From assembly GCF_013149785.1 (NCBI RefSeq), contig NZ_JABEZU010000001.1:930001-994000 (forward strand): a stretch of DNA of 64,000 bases, in the 5' to 3' direction. Position numbers and translations under genes: made by a program. Positions 37,897 through 45,700 of the stretch are shown here, in pieces. The stretch's first letter is position 1. Each line of letters starts with the position of its first letter. The stretch is from Isoptericola halotolerans. Lineage in GTDB: Bacteria > Actinomycetota > Actinomycetes > Actinomycetales > Cellulomonadaceae. The notes under the pieces were generated by a model. It did no database searches, was not told the origin of the DNA, and saw only the letters and a program-made list of their open reading frames with translations.

Positions 37897-40800
37897 GTGA
37901 TCGACGCGCCCGCCGCAGCACCCCCGACGCCGCACCTCCCGCCCGCCGACGACCCGTCGCGACGGCTCGACTGGCGCCGCCTGCGCGGACCGGTCGCCGC
38001 CGTGGCGGTCCTCGCGCTGACGGTGGGTGCCGTCGGGACCGCTCTCGGGACGGTCGTGGCCGGTGGGCTGGCAGCCTCGCCGGACCTGACCGGGATCCTC
38101 CTGCTCGCGCTGTGCCTGGTCGGCGGTGCCCTGCTGGACGCCGCCGGTCAGGTCGCGTGGGCCGGTGTCGTCGACCGGGCCGAGGGTCGCCTGCGCGGTG
38201 ACCTGCTCAGCGCCGCCCTGCACCAGCCGCTCGGGGTGCTCACCGAGCAGGCGGTCGGCGAGGTCCTCGACCGGGTCGACGACGACACGCACGCCGTCGG
38301 CGCGCTCGCCCGGCGCCAGCTGTGGAGCATGGGCCGGACCGTGGTGGGCGTCGCGCCCATCTGGGTCGTCGCCGGGGTCACCTGGTGGCCGGCCTGGCTC
38401 CTCTTCCCGCTCCTCGGGGCGGGCACGTGGTGGACGGTGCGGTCGCTCCTCGGCGAGATCGCCCGCCGCAAGGTGATCGAGGAACGGGCCTGGACCGACA
38501 ACGCCGCCGTGCTCGAGGAGGGCATCGCGGCACGCGACGACCTGCGCACGGCGGGCGGGCAGGCCTTCGCGCTGCGTCGGCTGGCCGAGATGTCCGCGGT
38601 CGTGCACCGGGCCCTGCTCGCCGTGGTGCGGGTGGAGACCCGCATGATGCGCCGCGTGGGAGTGCTGCTGCACGCCCTGCTCGCCGCCGTCGTCGTGTCC
38701 GGTGTGGCACTCGCCGTCGCGGGGGACATGTCCGTCGAGCGGCTCGTCACGCTGTTCCTGGTGACCTCGCTGTTCGTCGGTCAGATCGACCGTCTCGCGC
38801 AGCACCTGCCCGACCTGCAGGAGGGGCTCGGAGCCGTCGTCCGTATCCGGCAGCTCCTGGACACCGAGCCGGAGCCGGTCGGCGGGCTCGGCCTGCCGGA
38901 CCGCCCCGTGGAGCTCGAGGTGCGGGACCTGGACTTCGCGTACACCGAGGGCACCTTCGCCCTGCAGGGGGTGTCGGTGTCGGTCCCGGCCGGGCAGACC
39001 GTCGCGTTCGTGGGGCGCACGGGGTCGGGGAAGACGACGCTCGCCTCGTTGCTGTCCCGCGCGGTCGAGCCACCACGGGGGGCGGTGTTCCTCGGCGGCG
39101 TCGACGTCCGCGACGTCGACCTGCAGGCGCTGCGCGCCGGCGTCGGGGTGGTGACGCAGCGCACCGAGATCGTCGCCGGCACCCTGGCGGAGAACGTCGC
39201 GCTGTTCTCCGACGTGCCGCGCGGCGACGTCGAGCAGGCGGTGGCCGAGCTCGGGCTCGCCGACTGGGTGTCCGGCCTGCCCGACGGGCTGGACACGCTG
39301 CTCGGGCCGGGCGGTACCTCCCTGTCGGCGGGGGAGGAACAGCTCGTCGCGTTCGCGCGGCTGCTGGTGCGCGACGTCCGCGTCGTCGTGCTCGACGAGG
39401 CCACGGCCCGGATGGACCCGCACACCGAGGCCCGGGTGGTCGCGGCCGCAGACCGCCTGCTCACCGGGCGGACCGGCGTCGTCGTGGCCCACCGTCTCGG
39501 GACGGTGGAGCGGGCGCACCGTGTCGTCGTCCTGGACCACGGACGCGTCGTGCAGCAAGGGCTGCGTGCCGACCTGGCACGTCAGGACGGGCCGTTCCGG
39601 GACCTGCTGGTGGCGAGCCGTGGTGGCGACCTCGACGGCCCGGCGCCGGACGAACCGATCGATGCCACGGGCGAGGCGGCTCCCGGGGCGTCGCCGACCG
39701 CCATCGGCGCCCGTCGCCGGACGGGGGAACCACCCGTCCTCGACGACCCGGGCCACGGACCGAGCCTGGCCCGCAGCGTCCTGCACGCGCTGGTGACCAA
39801 GCCCCGGTGGGGTGCCGCGGGCGCCGGGTTGTTCCTGCTGACCAGCCTGTTCGCCGCCCAGGGGGCGCTCGCCGGGTTCCTGTGGGGGCGCTCGGTCGAG
39901 TCGCTCGCGGTGGGTGGCGAGCCGTGGGTCCTGACAGGGCTGCTCGCGGTGATGCTGATCGTGGCCCCGCTGTGCCTGGCGTACGCGGTGCGGTTGTACC
40001 CGTCGTGGTGGATCGAGCTGCTCCTGCGGGTGCGGGTGGCGGTCCTGGCCGGGCAGACCCGCAGGCACCGGCTCCGGCGCACCCCTGCCGGGGAGGTCGT
40101 CGCCCGGACTCTCGACGCCGACCGGTTCGTGCTGTACGTGGACCGGTGGGTCGACCTGCTCAACGGGCTCCTCGTCGTCCTGGTCACCTGGGCGATCAGC
40201 GGGGAGCCGCTGGCCGGGGCGGTGCTGCTGGCCGTGATGGCGGTGACCGCGGTCTCTGCGCTGGCAGGTCGCCCGATCGCGGGGCGTACCGCGACCCGGT
40301 CTGCCGAGGCCCGGGCCGGCTTCGGCCGTGCCCTGGTCTCGGCCCTGGACGCCGCGCGGACCGTCAAGCTGGCCGCCCGCACCCCGGAAGTCCACCGACA
40401 CCTGCGGCACGTGGACGCCGGCCGGGTCGGGGCCGCGATCCGCGAGCACCGGGTCCAGGCCGTGCTGGACGGCATCCCCACCGTCATGGTGCAGGCAGGC
40501 GTGGTGACGGCGTGGGCGTTGCTCCTCGTCGGGACCTGGGACCTGGCGACGACGTTGCTCGTCACGGCGGCCGTGGGCGGTTTCGCCTACTTCGGGGTGG
40601 TGGCGGGCGCCGTCATCACCGAGGCGCCGGGCACCCGGAACTGGCTGCGGGCGACGTCGTCGTTCGCCGCGGGAGCCGACCTCACGCGGCTGCCGGAGGG
40701 CGTCGACCTCACCACGGGCGCCGCGCCGCGTCCGCGCGTGGTGCCCACCCCCGAGCCGCGCTTCGAGCACCTCGACCTGCGCGGGGTGGAGGCGGTGCAC

Positions 40801-41442
40801 GACGACGGCACGATCGGGGTCACCGACGTCGACCTGCGCGTCGAGCGGGGCGAGCTCGTCCTGCTGCTGGGGCAGGTGGGCGCGGGCAAGTCGAGCCTGC
40901 TGTCCGCGCTGGCCGGGCTGATGGCGCACCGCGGAGAGGTGCGGTGGAACGGCGAGACCGTCGTCGACGCCGAGACGTTCCTGCGCCCTGCGCGGGTGGC
41001 GCACGTGGCCCAGGTGCCGCGGGTGCTCTCCGGCACCTTCAGCGAGAACGTCACCCTGGACCACGACCGGCAGGTCGCCGGACCGGTCTCCGTGGCGCGG
41101 CTCGCTCCGGACGTGGCCGACGCGGGCGGTGCGGACTCGCTGGTCGGGCACCGCGGAGTGCGGCTCTCGGGGGGCCAGGTGCAGCGTCTGGCGCTGGCTC
41201 GGGCGCTCGCCACAGGCTCCGAGGTGCTGCTGGCGGACGACGTGTCGAGCGCCCTGGACGCCGCCACCGAGGTCGAGCTCTGGACGGCGCTGCGCGAGCA
41301 GGGCCTGACGGTGGTGGGCTCGACGTCGAAGCGGGCGGCGCTGGAGCGTGCGGACCGGGTGGTGGTGCTCGTCGAGGGGCGGGCGGCGGAGATCGGGTCG
41401 TGGCGCGACCTGGCAGCGAGGTGGTCGCACCTGGCGGGGTGA
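37897..41442 (+). CDS. single-chain ABC exporter (TMD-NBD-TMD-NBD)
   Basis: NBD1 GRTGSGKT/LSAGE/LDEATA/AHR; NBD2 GQVGAGKS/LSGGQ/ADDVSS. Confidence 0.92.
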   Translation: MIDAPAAAPPTPHLPPADDPSRRLDWRRLRGPVAAVAVLALTVGAVGTALGTVVAGGLAASPDLTGILLLALCLVGGALLDAAGQVAWAGVVDRAEGRLRGDLLSAALHQPLGVLTEQAVGEVLDRVDDDTHAVGALARRQLWSMGRTVVGVAPIWVVAGVTWWPAWLLFPLLGAGTWWTVRSLLGEIARRKVIEERAWTDNAAVLEEGIAARDDLRTAGGQAFALRRLAEMSAVVHRALLAVVRVETRMMRRVGVLLHALLAAVVVSGVALAVAGDMSVERLVTLFLVTSLFVGQIDRLAQHLPDLQEGLGAVVRIRQLLDTEPEPVGGLGLPDRPVELEVRDLDFAYTEGTFALQGVSVSVPAGQTVAFVGRTGSGKTTLASLLSRAVEPPRGAVFLGGVDVRDVDLQALRAGVGVVTQRTEIVAGTLAENVALFSDVPRGDVEQAVAELGLADWVSGLPDGLDTLLGPGGTSLSAGEEQLVAFARLLVRDVRVVVLDEATARMDPHTEARVVAAADRLLTGRTGVVVAHRLGTVERAHRVVVLDHGRVVQQGLRADLARQDGPFRDLLVASRGGDLDGPAPDEPIDATGEAAPGASPTAIGARRRTGEPPVLDDPGHGPSLARSVLHALVTKPRWGAAGAGLFLLTSLFAAQGALAGFLWGRSVESLAVGGEPWVLTGLLAVMLIVAPLCLAYAVRLYPSWWIELLLRVRVAVLAGQTRRHRLRRTPAGEVVARTLDADRFVLYVDRWVDLLNGLLVVLVTWAISGEPLAGAVLLAVMAVTAVSALAGRPIAGRTATRSAEARAGFGRALVSALDAARTVKLAARTPEVHRHLRHVDAGRVGAAIREHRVQAVLDGIPTVMVQAGVVTAWALLLVGTWDLATTLLVTAAVGGFAYFGVVAGAVITEAPGTRNWLRATSSFAAGADLTRLPEGVDLTTGAAPRPRVVPTPEPRFEHLDLRGVEAVHDDGTIGVTDVDLRVERGELVLLLGQVGAGKSSLLSALAGLMAHRGEVRWNGETVVDAETFLRPARVAHVAQVPRVLSGTFSENVTLDHDRQVAGPVSVARLAPDVADAGGADSLVGHRGVRLSGGQVQRLALARALATGSEVLLADDVSSALDAATEVELWTALREQGLTVVGSTSKRAALERADRVVVLVEGRAAEIGSWRDLAARWSHLAG

Positions 41443-41497
41443 TCGGAGGTGCGCGACCTCGGCGCACGCGGTCGGGCGGAGCCTCTCCCGCGCCCGG

Positions 41498-41941
41498 TCA
41501 GCCGGCGGTGGCCCGCAGTGCCAGCCGGGTCTGCGTCTGGCCGGCGCCGGCCGACCGCTTCAGCCGGCGCAGCAGCGTGTCGAGCTGTGCGGTGTCCTCC
41601 ACGTGGACGTGCAGGAGATAGTCGTAGGGCCCGGTGACGTGCACGGCGTCACGGACGCAGGGCTCGTTGCGTGCCAGCGCGAGGAACGCGTCGGAGTCCT
41701 GATCGGGCCGGAGCCTGACGTCGACGAATGCTTCGAGGGTGGTGCCACGGCGGGGTGCTGACGATGGCGTCAGGTCGCTGAGGATCGCGCGGTAGCCGAG
41801 GATCGCGCCGTCGTTCTCCAGACGCCGGACCCGTGCCGCGGTCGCGTTGGTGCTGAGACCGATCTCGCGGCCGAGTGCAGCGAACGAGATGCGGCCGTCG
41901 ATGGCGAGAATGTCGGTGATCTTCTGATCGATAGCGTTCAC
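41498..41941 (-). CDS. Lrp/AsnC-family transcriptional regulator
   Basis: IDQKI...DGRISFAALGREIGLS...RVRRLE..GAI.GY, HVTGPYDY; start GTG 41941 (ATG 41950 also possible). Confidence 0.9.
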   Translation of the reverse strand: MNAIDQKITDILAIDGRISFAALGREIGLSTNATAARVRRLENDGAILGYRAILSDLTPSSAPRRGTTLEAFVDVRLRPDQDSDAFLALARNEPCVRDAVHVTGPYDYLLHVHVEDTAQLDTLLRRLKRSAGAGQTQTRLALRATAG

Positions 41942-42008
41942 GACGAACATCCTCTCGTCGTGCAGACGATCTGTCGTGGCGACGGAGGCGGTCGGGGACG
42001 CTCGAGGC

Positions 42009-42629
42009 ATGGAGATCGTCGCAGCGTTCGGTAGCGGTGCCGTCGCGGGCCTCGGCGTCGCCGTGCCGCTGGGGGCGATCGGGGTGCTGCTCGTCCGCGA
42101 GGGGATGGACCGTGGGCTCCGCGGGGGTGCGGCCGGTGCTGTTGCGGTGGCTCTGGTCGACACCCTCTACTGCGGGGTCGCGGTCGTCGGCGGGGCCGTG
42201 GCCGCTCCGCTCGCCGACCGTCTCGGCGACTGGCCCACCGCGATCGCCGCGGTCGTCGTCCTCGTGATCGCCGCATCGGGGGTGCGCAGGGCGGTACGGG
42301 CGCCAGGACGAGAGGACCCGGTGGTGTTCGGCCGTCCCTCGCGCCGGTTCCTGCTCTTCCTCGGGCTGACGGCGATCAACCCGGTCACGCTGGTCTACTT
42401 CACAGCGATCGCGATCGGGTTTCAGGGGCTGCTGAGGGGGTCCTGGCACGTGGCCGCATTCGTCGTCGGGGTCGCGCTGGCATCCCTGGCCTGGCAGCTG
42501 CTGCTCGTCGGTGCGGGTAGCGCGCTGCGGCATCGAATCTCGGTGCGGCTCCGCAAGGTCACGACATTGATCGGCAACGGCATGGTCGCGGCGCTCGGCG
42601 TCGCCATGCTCTTCCGTGCGATCCGCTGA
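42009..42629 (+). CDS. LysE-family translocator
   Basis: VAVPLGAIGVLL, LTAINPVTLVYF, SLAWQ; divergent from Lrp. Confidence 0.88.
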   Translation: MEIVAAFGSGAVAGLGVAVPLGAIGVLLVREGMDRGLRGGAAGAVAVALVDTLYCGVAVVGGAVAAPLADRLGDWPTAIAAVVVLVIAASGVRRAVRAPGREDPVVFGRPSRRFLLFLGLTAINPVTLVYFTAIAIGFQGLLRGSWHVAAFVVGVALASLAWQLLLVGAGSALRHRISVRLRKVTTLIGNGMVAALGVAMLFRAIR

Positions 42630-42644
42630 GGACGGCGACCCAAC

Positions 42645-42672
42645 ACCGTTGCTGCAAAGTTGCAGCAACGGT
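42645..42672. promoter_or_regulatory. palindromic operator upstream of amylopullulanase
   Basis: ACCGTTGCTGCAA-AG-TTGCAGCAACGGT, 13-bp arms, adjoining TACAGT -10 at 42672-42677. Confidence 0.7.
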
Positions 42673-42723
42673 ACAGTCGCTGGAGGTCGCGATCTGCGCG
42701 CCCGGTCGACGAAGGAGTCCTCC

Positions 42724-45700
42724 ATGGTCCGTGCCTCCCGCCCACCCCTCAGACGCCGCGGGGTCGCCGCCCTCGCGGCGCTCACCGTCGCCGTCCCGGG
42801 ACTGGCGCTGGCGTCCGGTGCCAGCGCCGCCGACGAACGCACGGTGACGCTCGTCGGCGACCTGCAGACCGAGCTGGGCTGCGCCTCCGACTGGGACCCG
42901 TCGTGCGAGGCCACGCGGCTCGCCGCCGCCGGCGACGGCCTCTACGCCGCCGATGTCGACCTCCCCGCCGGCTCCTACGAGTACAAGGTCGCCCTGGACG
43001 GCGCGTGGGACGAGGCGTACGGCCGCGACGGTACGGACGCCAACGCGCCCCTCGTCCTCGGCGGCGACGCGCGGCTGCGGGTGACCTACGACGACGCCAC
43101 GCACCGTGTCGCGCTCACCCCGCTCGACCTGGCGGGGGAGTACGACGACGCCGCGGACGACGCGATCGTCCTGCCCCCCGTGCGGCAGGCCGGCGCCGAC
43201 GAACGCTTCTACTTCGTCATGACCGACCGGTTCGCCAACGGCGATCCGGACAACGACACCGGCGGCCTCGACGGCGACGCCCTCGACCACGGGTTCGACC
43301 CGACGGACAAGGGGTTCTACCACGGCGGGGACATCGCCGGCCTGCGCGAGCACCTCGACTACATCGAGGGGCTCGGGACGACGGCGATCTGGCTCACGCC
43401 GTCGTTCATGAACCGCCCCGTGCAGGGCACCGGTGACGACGCCAGCGCCGGCTACCACGGCTACTGGATCACCGACTTCACGCAGATCGACCCGCACCTG
43501 GGGACCAACGCGGAGCTCGAGGCGCTGATCGAGGACGCGCACGCCCGCGGCATCAAGGTCTACTTCGACATCATCACCAACCACACGGCCGACGTCATCG
43601 ACTACGCCGAGGGCGAGTACTCCTACATCGACCAGGCCACGGCGCCCTACACCGACGCGGCCGGCGAGGTCTTCGACCCGGCCGACTACGCGGGCACCGA
43701 CGACTTCCCGGAGCTCGACGCCGCCACCTCGTTCCCCTACACGCCGGTCATCGCGCCCGAGGACGCCGACGTCAAGGTCCCGGCCTGGCTCAACGACCCC
43801 ACGCTCTACCACAACCGCGGTGACTCGACCTGGACCGGGGAGTCGGTGACGTTCGGCGACTTCGTCGGCCTCGACGACCTCATGACCGAGCACCCCACGG
43901 TCGTGAACGGCTTCGTCGAGGTGTACTCCGACTGGATCGACCTCGGGATCGACGGCTTCCGGATCGACACCGTCAAGCACGTCAACCCGGAGTTCTGGGA
44001 GGTCTGGTCGGCGGAGGTCATGGACTACGCCCGCGCCCAGGGCAAGGACGACTTCTTCATGTTCGGCGAGGTCTACGACGCCGACGCGCGCCTGCTCTCG
44101 CCGTACGTGCGCGACACCGAGATGAGCTCCGTGCTCGACTTCGCGTTCCAGGCGTCCGCCACCAGCTTCGCCAGCGGCAACAGCGCCAAGGGCCTGGCGA
44201 ACCTGTTCGCGAGCGACGACCGCTACACGACGCCCGAGACCTCGGCCGCCGCGCTCCCGACGTTCCTCGGCAACCACGACATGGGGCGCGTCGGGTACAT
44301 GCTCGCCGGCACCGACGACCCGCTCGCCCGCACCGAGCTCGCCCACGAGCTGATGTACCTCACGCGCGGCCAGCCGGTCGTCTACTACGGCGACGAGCAG
44401 GGCTTCGCCGGCAGCGGCGGGGACAAGGACGCCCGTCAGACCCTCTTCGCCACGCAGGTCGACTCGTACGCCGACCAGCCGCTCGTGACCGGCGAGACCG
44501 CGGGCAGCGTGGACCGGTACGACACCGACGCACCGCTGTACACGCACATCGCCGCCCTCGCGGCGCTGCGCGAGGAGCACCCGGCACTGTCGCAGGGTGC
44601 TCAGGTCGAGCGCCACGTCGCCGACGGCGCGGGCGTCTATGCCTTCAGCCGTGTCGACCGGGACGAGAAGATCGAGCACCTCGTCGCCGTCAACAACACG
44701 TCGGCGGCCCGCGAGGCGACCTTCACGACGCTCACCCCGGGAGCGGACTACGAGGTGCTGCACGGCGACGGGGAGCCGGTGACGGCCGATGCCTCGGGCG
44801 AGGTGACGCTCACCGTGGGTGCGGCCTCCGCCGTCGTCCTGGTCGCCGACCGGACCGTCGGCGCCGAGACCGACGGCAGCATCGCCGTCGAGGTCCCGGC
44901 GCCGGGAGCCGCGCTCGAGGGAACCGCCCCGGTGCGGGCCGCGATCGACGACGCCTGGGCCGAGACGAGCTTCGCCTGGCGGGAGGTCGGCACCACCGAC
45001 TGGCAGCCGCTCGGCACGGCCGAGGACACCACCCCGCGGCTGTTCCACGACGTGGACGGGCTCGGCGAGGGCACGCTGGTCGAGTACCGCGCGGTGACCG
45101 TCGACGCGGACGGCGACCGCGCCGCCGCCTCGACGTTCGCGTCCGTCGGTGTCGACGTCTCCGGCACGGTCGGTGAGGTCGGGCCCGACCCCGACATCGA
45201 CATGGTGACGGTGCCCGGCAGCCACAACAGCGAGATGGGCTGCGCCGGGGACTGGACGCCCGACTGCGAGAGCGCCCGCCTCAGCGTGCGACCCGACGGC
45301 GTCTGGGCGGGCACCTTCGACCTGCCGGCCGGCGACTACGAGTACAAGGTCGCGCTCAACGGCTCGTGGGACGTCAACTACGGCGTCGGAGGTGTACAGG
45401 GCGGTCCCAACGCGACGTACACCCACGACGGCGGGAAGGTCACCTTCTACTGGGACCCGGTGAGCAAGGACTTCTCCTCCACGGCCCAGGGGCCGATCGT
45501 CACCCTGCCCGGCTCGTACCAGGACCAGGTGGGCTGCCCGAGCGCCTGGGCGCCGGACTGCCTCGCCACCTGGCTCAAGGACCCGGACGGCGACGGGGTG
45601 TACACCTGGTCGACCGACGCCCTCGACGGTGGCGCCTACGAGACCAAGGTGGCCCACGGCCTGAGCTGGGCGGAGAACTACGGCGTCGGCGGCGCCCGGG

